Shown here one piece after another: positions 12,901-23,243 of a DNA stretch of 64,000 bases. The position numbers and the translations under genes were made by a program. Origin of the DNA: Barthelona sp. PAP020. Taxonomy: Eukaryota. Below the pieces are notes generated by a model that ran no database searches, had not been told where the DNA came from, and saw only the letters and a program-made list of their open reading frames with translations. The stretch lies in assembly GCA_040182905.1 (NCBI GenBank), contig JARQWU010000005.1, forward strand, positions 62,001 to 126,000. Direction: 5' to 3'. Every line of letters starts with the position of its first letter. Within the stretch, counting starts at the first letter, position 1.

Positions 12901-15567
12901 GAAACTGCCATATTAAAGGAAAAGAATGAAGATTTAACTGAGATACTGGGTGTGTTTTTTGAAATCTTTGATACAACTGACACTTTGTATAATTTGGTTG
13001 AAAAGGTCAATGAAAAGGTGGTTTACAGTGAGGATAAAGAGATAAATAAAATGTCAAGTGGTAATTTACCGCTAAAACATTCTTTCATAATTCAAATCGA
13101 AAAATTATTGGAAAGATATGTTTTAAGTGACAATTTGATCAAAAATTTCTGTTGTAAAGATTGGGAACAATTTGAAATGGCTATTTATGGAATTACTCAG
13201 ATTGTTCAACCAAAAAATGATGAAAACGTTGAAAATGAATGTATTGAAGATTCTGATGCCTTTGAAAATTTATCAAATGTTGAAAATAATGCAAAAGAAA
13301 AGGATAATGATCGAACCATGAAAGAAACCAATTTAAGAGACATACAAAGGATTGTCAAGAATTATAAGACTATTGATAAAATTGTTGAAGGTTCAGATTG
13401 GTCTTTTGATGATATTGAACATGCTTTACAAATTATTGTAGCAAATAATACCAATTATACTGAATTTAAAGAAGAGCTTGATACAGGAAAGAATGTAATA
13501 AATGCTGTATACGTTAATGATCTAATTGATCTTAAGATTCCTTGGGTCTCAAAACTCAGTCATTATTTAGCTTCATCTTCTTTAGATTTGATTGACAATA
13601 TTCATGAGAATGATAATGATGAAGAAGTAGATGTGGATACTGTTAAAATTAAAGAATTAAAAATCTTGAATGTTTTAGAAGAAATTGAAAAAGCAAGTGG
13701 AGAAGAAAATGAACAAATAAATGTAGCAATGAAAAGTTTGTTCAACAATATATGTACACTTGGAAATACTAATATCCCAATGAATCTAGTTTTAAACCCA
13801 ACCTTTGATAATCTGGATTTAATCAATATTTTGAATGAAACTTTTCCGAACTTCCTCAATTTCATGTTTTCACACATGAAAATAGACGAACAGATAGACG
13901 TTAAATTTAACGATATGAAGGAACGCATTAACGTGATTTTTGATCAAGTTAAGCAGTTGAAGCATAATAATGACCTCATCAATAAGGATGAGGTTAATTA
14001 TTGGAGAACTCGATTTGAAGAGCTACAATCAATCAAATTGATTCAAGATGGATCCATCAAGTCATTAAAGGAACAATTAAGTCTGTCAAAAGAACAAACA
14101 ATTAAATTATTGGAAGGTCAAAAAGTAGTAGATGCTTCAAATTACAAAGAAGAAATTGATGGCGTTTTTCAATGTTTAATTGAAATTTCAGATCAATTAT
14201 CTGACACTTGCATTGATTTTAATACTCGAAAAGATCAGTATCATGCATTGAACGATAAAATTGGTCTTATTCTGTTAGAACAAATTGATGACATTGATGA
14301 TGCACCTGAATTGATTTCTTCTTTCAGTGGGTTTAATTCAGTATTCAATCAACACACAAAGAATCTCTCTTTAATTTTGGATGTGGTCAATTCATTAATC
14401 AATGGAGCAAATTCATTCACTTTAGAAGTGCCTAAACTTAATATTGAGCATAGTATCAACAATGTTGTCATTGATGAGTTGAGAGAAAAATTGGAAAATA
14501 TGACAATGAGATACCAAGCTTTAAGATTACAGATAAGATCATTGGAAAAGAGTAAAGAGACAAAGGAAATTGGTGTACAAATAAAAAGAGGAAAAAGTCC
14601 AAAAAAAATCAAAGAAAAAGAAAAAGAAAAGAAACACACATTCAATCAAAAAGAGAGCAATGAAATCAAAAGTTCAAAATCCACATCAATCCCAAAAATT
14701 GTTCAGAATACTGCAACCACCAAAAATTCAGTATTCAAAGTTCCAAAAACTCCAAAAACTCCAAAAACAGAATCAAAATTGTCGACACCCAAAAATAAAA
14801 TATCAATCAATTCAATTTCAAAAACTTCAAAACATCAAACAAAGTTGGCTGTTATTGAAGGAGATCAAAGGAAGGAGATTGATGTGTCGGAAGTCAAAAA
14901 CTCTGTAAATGTTAAAAATTCAAGGGATGTATTAAATTCTCCTTCAAATTCAGTTTCTTTGGAAGAGATTTCATCTCAATCTGTTGATAATATCTCTCCG
15001 ATGACATCATGGCTTGGTACATCTATCAAAAGCATGACATTTGATTCTTCAGAGACCAACGTGATACCGCAAAAAATTGTTGCAACGAAACATCATGCAA
15101 TTCAAGTTGATTTTGTTTTTGACAATGATGCTGGTAAAAATAAGAAAATATTAGAAGAATTAGTTTCTATTTCAAAACAGTATGCATCTGATGTTTCCCC
15201 ATTGTTACCCACAAGGAAAATTGATGATGATTTACAAAAGAAAAGTGCAAAATCTTTGAAAAAGAATTTTTCAAATTTTAATGAGTTATCTTCAGGTGTT
15301 CAAATCGAGGTTAATGATGCAGAAGATGATGGAAAAGAAATTGTGGTCACAAAATATGCCAAAAAGCAAGTTTCTGCTTTGGTAAAACGATTTGTCCTTG
15401 CTCAACAAATTATCTTAAATTGGAAAATCATTGAAAGTAAAGGCGAAGGAAATAATCCATCCAATAGAATAGTCTTAAGAGCTTTGAAAAAACTTTTAAT
15501 CGAAGATTTATCCAACTTTGAAACTTTATTAGAACAACCTTTCAACATTCATAACAATGCAATTTAA
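6949..15567 (+). CDS. Giant protein: N-terminal WD40 beta-propeller plus very long coiled-coil/helical region
   Basis: 8.6-kb ORF. WD40-type repeats at about 7180-8090 (AHRNNVTSL, WSGGYDSKLKIWN, HEGWLYSL, SGSDQTISIWN) are followed by about 2400 aa of helical/coiled-coil sequence. Start is 6892 or 6949. Confidence 0.75.
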   Translation: MNNLTELDDIDETKSFENENDEIEEPREIDLSFSPIRMNSNGNTSTKVFMKGANDPSRFAGKIIPKKFASNFKTISTNMNVNESVRSMVLCCDNVWCACRSPIIRVFSPVSGLLIKEIKTGLKQLTVVLSSQDNYVWAGLSSGEILIFDGMTFRIKRRLNAHRNNVTSLCVSPIGMFTGGSDFLVRLLPFDKESKVGLSKSLSDSIVSIKYYDPQQFNKIFTPTLIVATINHVKGYQLRKTSDRTPKLKLEQMWNYEHDKGHPACLAIRTLQMKGINDDLKIDVYVGSDTGYITVLNLKTGGVLHTFQAHPGKCCCCIESVATTIWSGGYDSKLKIWNIVDYKLVDVINVHEGWLYSLLKIGKNMWCSGSDQTISIWNIDMARHKKLSKINSDWIVADIDSADFEDISETETESFLSIDSETDFNFNMKEFQKLSTIDKEFFLNTLGNQMKVELILELTSGQENSKELLIKRFREFFETINYKFLNQFPTIENDSNTEINYFKWLNILEENLLSFIDDYLNIQELFANNDNSLNNKNRSKGLKRNLSNEFLNEYKQNVIYNKIVKKNVSFSDINFDELKDENCQDFSSFIQPCTFEQVKALKDDNTTLKGDVDILKKEIEKLKFENENLKLEKDLFLEERHRMFEFEQFVHSLTNNHELSNDNLSNYDDSQSTGSEMLFLENCKTFIETLKDYCDEIVPNIDLSHLKPLDMVKETMDILFDENQELMNDIEDVTDKFNEFKKNNEKELKKIAKELNGIKRNFTNIGQNFDAELENFQETFEQFENDICEIICNNASSTTIVNQNSLKEIKKLKNDLHNVKNSIINLQNQSIEYTMKIVNDTSVNIGKYQLKSLDNSIKYLKNSMELELEGIYNECNGYLQVKSEKISNELKTSKETFNLMKHQILNMELDHDKEMKEIFKQIMKEIVSYQMKHEELSKSYEQEKELTRDLNEQLKKQTERNLFLKEQLNYNADSSAYSRIKLESILMEIEEIRNSLSNCKSAILKTNSENIEYLNVSSESIITKIKNEYNMLLIDIRHVIEDNAVCKSKIEQELNEKDILSLFEDLLIDCERVNCSNNVKFQTIKNSSQIIRKHLNNFKELIVQTPNAQFSVFKEILVDFERKIHSSVNDTVESQHDKIRRELIDFSEYLYQMDEKVKNDLQKFEKFEKFANKYYKYEDVLDKISKFGYSLENLLEFKQMFESFEEYFELFDKDVFKEIVDCGYNLDEMLQVKKKSEKCDCDIMLKVFEGDIDLKELLDVKKELDEHKLTIEEFGEEHKTLEEIKTLYNEEDLLKLKETIIEQKHTLDILPNHDVISSFDFLNHVLEERKDIHLLFGEDYKSVIDYLQELLMFLGYFEEDNQNSNSNDKIRNFFEFKNIFEKNWKNLKERLDVYDRLIKKGGSVDDLSRVNLFGEFGNDDEKIKEWIEIKRIFEKNGIKGRNEIFRLIDVIQVYGINLNAVGDILGGKYSNISEILEDLSLNLKFIFSNRDHSRFENFTEIIEDLQIFNRRFETINKSFDEIEVDEQNLKNIFDLFEKFEFEIENNNVIRSLELFFEDYMVLKLNNSKGNDNSSNNANSPKKLMKSSSKEQYQNQNYSKARRPSEIFNLNIHSRDHDTTLSDLLKLCDCREDEILSHIANLTNLRKKICKSLKCDFEDENEIINEIFRLQLTNERFESISKDLNIDSTRLLSSVRSYQRFIDDINKMINGINKPSLVEINMMTLLSYTRESIELRKKLEDLYNTQDLQQLYMNVDSNSRKIQQVLDKLELSNDIKILPKINELITLEKALIDICFRNDNAVTETQPLIEYFESIVEEYNKLTESFTQLYNILYESFENFETYETFETFSVDQEAIIERVFQYVDIQNRLEWTLNDLFGNDADDSFDKSYNVQENDTMISDFILHKSKEMKQMFDLIGLPNGDFSRLRVFFTQLSTFIDKGDFEKVLEDLRMLDLIYAKFGKNNVKNSRENNILLNIIDERLNINETAILKEKNEDLTEILGVFFEIFDTTDTLYNLVEKVNEKVVYSEDKEINKMSSGNLPLKHSFIIQIEKLLERYVLSDNLIKNFCCKDWEQFEMAIYGITQIVQPKNDENVENECIEDSDAFENLSNVENNAKEKDNDRTMKETNLRDIQRIVKNYKTIDKIVEGSDWSFDDIEHALQIIVANNTNYTEFKEELDTGKNVINAVYVNDLIDLKIPWVSKLSHYLASSSLDLIDNIHENDNDEEVDVDTVKIKELKILNVLEEIEKASGEENEQINVAMKSLFNNICTLGNTNIPMNLVLNPTFDNLDLINILNETFPNFLNFMFSHMKIDEQIDVKFNDMKERINVIFDQVKQLKHNNDLINKDEVNYWRTRFEELQSIKLIQDGSIKSLKEQLSLSKEQTIKLLEGQKVVDASNYKEEIDGVFQCLIEISDQLSDTCIDFNTRKDQYHALNDKIGLILLEQIDDIDDAPELISSFSGFNSVFNQHTKNLSLILDVVNSLINGANSFTLEVPKLNIEHSINNVVIDELREKLENMTMRYQALRLQIRSLEKSKETKEIGVQIKRGKSPKKIKEKEKEKKHTFNQKESNEIKSSKSTSIPKIVQNTATTKNSVFKVPKTPKTPKTESKLSTPKNKISINSISKTSKHQTKLAVIEGDQRKEIDVSEVKNSVNVKNSRDVLNSPSNSVSLEEISSQSVDNISPMTSWLGTSIKSMTFDSSETNVIPQKIVATKHHAIQVDFVFDNDAGKNKKILEELVSISKQYASDVSPLLPTRKIDDDLQKKSAKSLKKNFSNFNELSSGVQIEVNDAEDDGKEIVVTKYAKKQVSALVKRFVLAQQIILNWKIIESKGEGNNPSNRIVLRALKKLLIEDLSNFETLLEQPFNIHNNAI

Positions 15568-16283
15568 TAAAAAAAGAAGGGTTATGTTCATTGTTTATTT
15601 TTGAAGAAAGTACATTATTTGGTGGATGATTTGATTCACATCTATTTTTACAAATAAATTTCTAAACTTTGTTATTAATTAATATGACGACAAAATGCAG
15701 GCTTATTGATATTGTTGGATGAATCTAATCGAATTCTTTTCTCCTTGTCAAAAAAAGAGCTTCAAAAATGATGATCTCATTCGTCTCCTTTTGTTGGAGA
15801 TATACTCCAATGACTTTCAATAAATTCTAACCAAAACATACATACAATGTGTTTTCGAAATAAAACATCACTTTAACTTGTCTGTTTAAGCGATCAGAGT
15901 TTTTTGGAGTTATTTTTTGTGGTTTAAATTTGATTTTTAAAGTTTTTGGGTGATTTATAAGAAGCAATTGAAATTATAAAAGAAACCGAAAGCAATCTTT
16001 AGAAAGCACCAAAGTCAATTTATTTCTTCAAAATTGATGGCTATCAAAAGAACATTCTTTTTACACATGCACTTTGTCAAACAGCCATGGAAAAATAGAT
16101 TAAAACAAAAAAAAATTTTTTACCCACTCATTCATTTATTCAAACTAAACAAAGAAAAAGCAATAAAAACTATTCATTAATAAATATTTACAAATAAAAA
16201 TCATTAAAAATGAAAAAATAAACTGAAACAACTTGGGGCAATGAACAGGATTTTTTTTGAAAGGTTATTTTTAACTTTTTTTT

Positions 16284-19200
16284 ATGGGTCGGAATAGTGG
16301 AGTTGATTTATTGATAATATATTCATGTTTAGCGAATATATTAGCCCATTTTATTGCCTATTTAAAGTGTGAAGCTTACTTGCCTCTCTTTCGAAAGACT
16401 TTAACAAAATTTTCCCTTAAACACTTCATATTTTTATTAACTGGTGTTGTAGCTATTGTTTTAGATGTCATTTTTTGTTTCTATACCTTGCCAAGAACAT
16501 ATCGTATTAGTAGTTCCCCTTTTGTACCTTTTATACCTTATGTTGGTTTTATTGGAATTGTTTCAGCTCAAATAATTTTTTATAAGATTATATATTTTTT
16601 GGTTACTCCTTTTGAGCCTCCAAAATTTTTTATGATTTTTTCTTGGGTTTGTGAGTTTTTAGCATGTTTTTCTGTCTTATTATTTGCACATTTTGCAGAA
16701 TCTATTTATATTACCACTACGAATGGATTTGGATTTGCTGCAACTGTTATTTCTTTAAGATTTGCTATTAAATCTATTTTATATCCTTCAATACCATTGC
16801 AAAGGTTTATCAATTGGTTTCGAGGTGAAATTGAAGTTGATGAAAATGGAGTTCAAGCCCCCATTTTCAGTCCAATCAAAGTTTCTTCTTACATTGTACC
16901 ATTGATCATTCCAAATTTGATTGTTATTTTAGATGCAACTGTCTATAATTATTCTGGAATTTTATGTGAAGTCAATGATAGTTTTTCTTTTTTAGGGATT
17001 CTGTTTAGTTGGCTTTTATTTGTACTTCCTTCTATTCTTGTACTTTTTGTGCCCTTTAATAATTTTTTGAGGAATCCTATCTTTTTACAAATTGCTGCTT
17101 GTATTCCTAGATTGGTATTTTATTATTTTAGACCATCAGATCGATTTTCCAATAACTTAGGACATTGTTTTAATGTATCTGTTATTGTTTTCATTGGATA
17201 TATCGTTGTATTTTCCTTTTTATCCAAAAAACACAAGCAAAGTGAAGTTGACTTCTTTTATGAGAGAATTCGTGAATTTCCTGATCCTGATTATTATCCT
17301 GATGCTATATTGAAAAATAAGATATTAAATAATGTATCAACCATTGCTCTTTTAATGATGTTTTTCAATGTATCTTGTCAAATGATATTTTTACCTAAGA
17401 GTGGTTATGATGAAATTTATCATCCTTTAATATTTATCAACAGTATGATGGTGTTTTTAGCAATAGTCTTTGTCATTGCTAGATTATCGATGAATTTTGA
17501 AAGAAAGGATTTGTTAGCATTAGCAACCTATTTTATTGATAAAGATGAAACCAAAGATGAAAAGTTATTGGAAATGATTAAAGATATGAAAGCTGATAAA
17601 TTACCCAAAAAAGTAACAAGAGGAAGTCTTTCATTAATATTATTTGTTGTTATGTTAATTCTTGTTTTTGTAGGTATTGAATTCTCAAATTTTTCAAGAG
17701 AAATCACTCATGATTTGGGTATTGAACCTAAAATTGCTGGAGATGTTTTACCTTTCCCTTTTAAACCTTTTGGTTTTGTCATTGGTATTATCTTCTTGAC
17801 TGCCTTTTTAATATTATACTTTCATGCTGGAGAAGTTGTAGATTTTGTTTACACATCACCTGAGTCAATCATTAATACTCCATTGCACATGATTTATAAA
17901 CATTATATTTTCAAAAGGATTCTCTATTTGATTTTTGTCTATATTTTAGCTATTTATATAGTCATTTGTGGATTGTTTTTACACAATGATGTGGGTCATG
18001 TTGTAGCTATGGTTGGAATTCCAATGCTCATCTGGTTAATTTATATTGCTAATTATATTAAAACAGGTCAAACTTCAATAATTGACGTTGTTGGTTTGTT
18101 TATCATTCCTTTTTCATTATTGATACATTATTTATATGCACATAGTGGAAGGACTGTCTTTTTTAATTATGAATATCTACCTTTGATATTGATCAGTGAT
18201 ATTGTAATGGTATATATATCCACTTATGCTAATTTGAATGTGATTCTAGCAAACAATGGTATGAAAGCTTCAAATATTGTGACTTTCATTTTTTTCCAGG
18301 TTATTTTCTATTTAAGGTTATTGTTTCAAATTACTGTTCAAAATCATATGATTAAAGACAGCTATGTTATTACTTTTTACGTTTTAATTCTTACAACAAC
18401 ACTCTTTCCTTTGGTTGTCATTGTGACCGTAAGTGAACATCTTAAAAAGAATAAAAGTGATAAATTAGCGAAATACTATTTAATTGCTTCAATATTTGTC
18501 ATATATTTTGTAATGGCTCATTATTTGGTTGTTGATCAAGCATTTATGACATACAGTTTTAATATTTTATTGGTGTTTTGCGTTCTAAGTACTTTTATTT
18601 TAAAGATATTAACAGTTCATTTTGGTATCATTTCAGGTTTACCAAATGATAATGCTGATATCTACATTGGAAAGAGATTTCATCCAATTTTAATGGTAAG
18701 TTCAGACGGTAAACATAAAAACATCTCATCTTATGGAGATACATTAATTGTCACTTTATGCTTCTGTGTCATGTTATTTATGTTTTTCTTTATGTTTGAA
18801 CCAAGTAATACATACCTACTTATTGCCATAATTTTAATTATTTTTGGATTGTATTTATTAAGTATGGCTCAAAATTCTACATCTTTTAGGTTGATTGAAA
18901 ACCTTGGTTTGTTTGATTCCAATGCAATTGAAGGTGTTTTTAATAATGTAGAAGCTAAATACAAAAAGAAAAATAAAAGAGTTCTTAACAGTGAAACAGG
19001 TAGTTATTTAGGTACTGCTACTGGTAGTCATAGCAATACTCATAGTGTTGCCAATAGTTATACTGGTAGTGTACATAGTTATCATAGCAATAGTGAATCA
19101 GCTTTATCTATGTCTGTTAAGGAGTCAGGTTTTACTAAAAGTAATATGAGTGGAAGTATTTTAAGTGCTCAAAGTGGTATAAGCAGTCATGGTGGAGTTT

Positions 19201-19797
19201 TTGGTTCACATATTATGAGTTGTATTGCAGAATATGAGAGTTTGAAAGCACAATTGCATAATTCTACCAAAAGTAGTTCTGATCCTGCATATATTAAGGA
19301 TGAAAAGAAGAATGAAGAAGATATTGACAAAATTGATACTGATTCTGAAGATGATATCTGGTTTGATCATAAAGTTGAGACAAAAAAACACACTACTTTG
19401 GATATTGTGCAACTCACTAATAAGTTGATGAAATTAGAAAAGAAGATTAGAAGTTTGTTACTTAATCAAAGCATCATGGAAGGAGAATTATTTTTGGGTG
19501 TCATGAGTGCTGCAGAGTCAATTAGAAAGACCAGAGAATATACTATCAAAAAGTGGAAGGATTCTTTCTTCCCTGGATTCAGCATGGATTTGGTTAAAGA
19601 TAATGAATCTTATAAAGACAAAATTTTACACCAATTCCATGATTATTTAATTCAAGAAGAAGAAAAGTTAAATCGATTGAAAAATCTTCAAGAAAGTGCT
19701 CAAAATGATGAATTAATCATTGTTGAAGATGATGAGGAGGATGAAGATGAAGAAGAACTCGAAAAACCTTCAATCAATAATTTATTGTTAGATAATG

Positions 19798-19850
<53 letters not shown>

Positions 19851-21872
19851 GATGATGAAAATGTGAACACTCATTCAGACGTTGAGAATTATGATGAAAA
19901 CATGAGAATAAATAATCCTGTTTCCAACGAGATAGAAGTGCTTCAAACAAAAGATTTTGAAAGTGATACCAATATGGTTCATGAGGCTGATGTTGAGCAT
20001 ATGAATCGTGTTGTGGAAGAATTGAAACCAAATTTGGAAGATCCGAATGCTATTTTAACGCCTTCACAATCAAGAAGTGGAACACCTACCTTGCCCTGTA
20101 ACAATAATGTTAATGAATCAGTAGAAGATTTTGTTTCTCCTATTCCTAACAACAAAAAGAATAAAAAGAATAAGAAGAATGACAAAGATTTAAAAAAATT
20201 TAAAAAAGAATTGAAGAAATTTTTGCAAAAATTCACCAAATACATTGAAATCATTGATAAGATGAGAGAAGTTTTAGCTGGTGCATCATCTGAAGTTTTC
20301 ACTGCAAATATTGATAGCTTCTTAGCAATCGATATAAAATATGATGAACTGATTGAATTGATTTCTATAAATATCAATTCAGATACAGCTGATTCTAACG
20401 TTTTAGAAATGGTTGAAGAATCCTATGATAATATCAAAGATCAATTGAAATCGATGAGAAATACTTTTAAAAAGATTAAATCCATAGATGATGAAGGAAG
20501 ATTAACTAAAAGCACATTGAAATATATGAAAATTATAAAGAAGTCCAGAGTTAACAATGAGATATATGTTGATCCTAAGTTTAATGAACCTGAAAAGGTT
20601 TTAGGAAATAAATTTAATCAAAATAATCTTCAATTGACACCAATTGGCAACTTGGTTCCCAATTGGAATCCAATGCAAATGAAGGGTAATTATATTCCTG
20701 GTTTTATTTCAACTTCTGTTTTGACGTACTTATTTACTATTGAAAACAATTGTTTGGATGGAACCATTTGTAGATTTGATAAGGAAGCTGGTGTTTTATT
20801 AGTAAGATACTTCCTTAATGATCAAGATGAATATATGATTCTAGACAGTTCTTTGCCTAGTTTTGGATTAGGCTTGGCCTTTTCTAGGTCTTCCAATGCT
20901 CAATCTCTCATGATTTCTTTTGTTGAGAAAATGTTAGCAAAGATATGTGGAAGTTATAGCAACATTGAAGACAAATTTATCAATCCAAAGAATATTAAGA
21001 TGGTTACAGGTATGTATTCTCAATATTGGATTCCTGCTTTGTTAAATTCTTCAGATATTGGTCAATGTTTTAACACTATGGACAAGAATTGTAAACTTAA
21101 AGATTATGGCACTTTGGTTTCTACCGAAAAGGATGTTGATAACGAATATACCAGTCTTGGTTTACCCGTTGATCACATATTTAATGTTTTAGCTACATTT
21201 GAAACTGTTTTACATGGATCGAGAAGCAGATTCATTTATGTGGTTTCTTCTAATCCCTCACAATTAGAAGATAATTATATTGACAAATTCAAAGGTACTT
21301 ATTGTAAGACCTCATTGAAATGGACCAGAAGATTAAAGGTTCAAACAGATGCAGTCATTAAAGATTTCGATAGGGAAGGGTTTTGGATAACGATGGAAGA
21401 ATTTTCAGATCAGTTTAATCTTGTGATAACTTACGCAAACTTACCCAAATTCAATAAAGCTATTAGTTTTGGATCTATAAGAGATAATCACGCTCAAGTA
21501 TTTGATCAAAATAGTGTAGCTCTTCATTTGGCACCACAACATACTCTCACTTTTGAAAATGTTTTGACCGAAGCGAATGAAATTGAAATTTTCATTGAAT
21601 TGACTCAATTGGATAAGACTGCCATTCCAATCATCATTGGATTATGGCAACATATCAACAGTCCTGTGACTAATGTTAATGGATTTGATTTTATTGGTAA
21701 TCCAGTTCAAGCTAATGAAAAAAGTACAAAATTCAGCATGTATGTTCCTGTGTCTGACAATTATTTGTTCTCGATTGTTCCATTTTTGGAACAAGAAGGA
21801 TTTACTGGTGATTATGTCATCAAAGTCTTTAGTTCGAACTGTAAAATTTCAATTCAATTGGCAAATCCTTAA
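16284..21872 (+). CDS. DEK1-like multi-pass membrane calpain (TML-CysPc-C2L architecture)
   Basis: About 860 N-terminal residues contain roughly 20 hydrophobic segments, then an acidic linker. Calpain CysPc motifs follow (YVDPKF, LDSSLP, EKMLAKICGSYSNI, GLPVDHIFNVL, SNP, EGFWITMEEF), then a C2L-like C-terminus (SIVPFLEQEGFTGDYVIKVFS). Confidence 0.75.
19800..19847 (+). repeat. (GAT)16 microsatellite encoding poly-Asp in the calpain linker
   Basis: Perfect trinucleotide run read directly from the sequence. Confidence 0.9.
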
Positions 21873-21925
21873 TTTGTCAAAAAAAAAATAAACATTTAAT
21901 TTATTGTTTTTTTGTTGACCATTTT

Positions 21926-22933
21926 TCATTCATTTGCTGATTTAGAAAAAAAATATGTCTCATTCTGTTTTTCTACTTCAACATTGAAATCAAACATTTT
22001 CAAAATATGAATATTGGTTTCAGTGTGTGAAGACAAACAATTTGAAGTAAATTGTCCCCCAAATAAACATAGTGGTATAAGTAATTGGTCCTCAAGATGT
22101 TCATCAGCGTAACCGAGTTGATCAACACTTAAGTGTTTTTCCTTCAAGTGCTCAATAGTTGTTTCAAAATTATCCCGCTTCTTTGGATAAACAAAAGCAA
22201 ATTCTGAATGAGTAGAATATACAGCTACTTTTGCTGGAATAATTGTGGAAATACGAGAAGGAACTTGTACCACTTCAATACGATCCGATGATACTTCTTT
22301 CTCAATTAAATCCTTGAACATATTGATTGCTGCATCACTTTTCTTTGAACATAAAAGAAGAGTATATGAATCAACTAAGGTCTTTTTTTCAATACAATTT
22401 AAAGGCCTGACTGAAGATATTAATGCAGGAATATGCATCTTGATAAGTCCTCCACCCACAGGAAAAAAACCATATTTCTCTATTTCAAGATCAACACCAA
22501 TTCCCAAAGAATGCAAATGAGGTAACCAATTAAATTTCAAATCATGATATGAAGGGGCAAAAGATGCATGTGTACCACCGCTGATTGTAATTGAAGAAGG
22601 CTTATTTTGTAAAATCAAAGGGTAAACAATGGTATGAATCACCAACGCAGTGCTTCCAGCAGTTTCTATCCGAAAGTTATAATCTCCAGGACAAATTTCA
22701 TTGGGATAAAAAGTTAGCGTTGTGGAACCTAAAAATGCATTCTCGACAGTTCCATTAGATATTTCAACAGCAGCATTTACACAAATTAAATGCTGTGCCG
22801 CTAAACCAGGTTTTGGTCTGTTGTAACGAATGTTTTGTAAATGGATTGGTGTTTGAGTAATTAGACTGAAACACAATGCCGTTCGAATAATTTGTCCTCC
22901 TCCCTCACCGACGGAACAATCAATAGATATCAT
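21926..22933 (-). CDS. RTCA: RNA 3'-terminal phosphate cyclase (RtcA class)
   Basis: Motifs GEGGGQIIRT, RPKPGLAAQHL, TAGS, GGTH, GFFPVGGG and DEHLEDQL are present. The adenylated His is retained (SSHTETN), which distinguishes RtcA from Rcl1. Confidence 0.9.
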   Translation of the reverse strand: MISIDCSVGEGGGQIIRTALCFSLITQTPIHLQNIRYNRPKPGLAAQHLICVNAAVEISNGTVENAFLGSTTLTFYPNEICPGDYNFRIETAGSTALVIHTIVYPLILQNKPSSITISGGTHASFAPSYHDLKFNWLPHLHSLGIGVDLEIEKYGFFPVGGGLIKMHIPALISSVRPLNCIEKKTLVDSYTLLLCSKKSDAAINMFKDLIEKEVSSDRIEVVQVPSRISTIIPAKVAVYSTHSEFAFVYPKKRDNFETTIEHLKEKHLSVDQLGYADEHLEDQLLIPLCLFGGQFTSNCLSSHTETNIHILKMFDFNVEVEKQNETYFFSKSANE

Positions 22934-23243
22934 TAATGATATTTCTCAATATGTCATGCCAAATTGAGAAAATAGTGGCAGTGCTAATCATTTCTTAAAA
23001 AGGACCTTTGATAGAATAAACTTAATATTTATTTTCAACAATATATAGAATAAAATAAACGTTTCTTCAAAAATATTTGGATTGCTTTTTTTTTCCACTT
23101 TTTTCAGAAAGAAAACAATATTGATTGAAATATAACAATGAAAAACAATCTCAGGAAATGTGAAATTAAATCATTGCTACAAAATTTTGGGAAAAAAAAG
23201 ATAAAAAAATTGTGAAACTTTTGTTTTCTTAAACACTTTTATT

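Noticed and set aside
4300..14908. Many short antisense or alternative-frame ORFs inside the long coiled-coil genes (similar ones occur throughout the window)
   Set aside because: They are S/F/I-rich shadow frames produced by E/K/N-rich codons on the coding strand and show no motifs.
15768..15830. ATGATGA C-box-like motif and small hairpin (TTGGAG-ATATA-CTCCAA) in the 700-bp intergenic region
   Set aside because: No downstream CTGA D box at a suitable distance and no recognisable rRNA guide.
19774..20031. Minus-strand ORF with a poly-His run
   Set aside because: It is simply the reverse complement of the (GAT)n poly-Asp repeat in the calpain.
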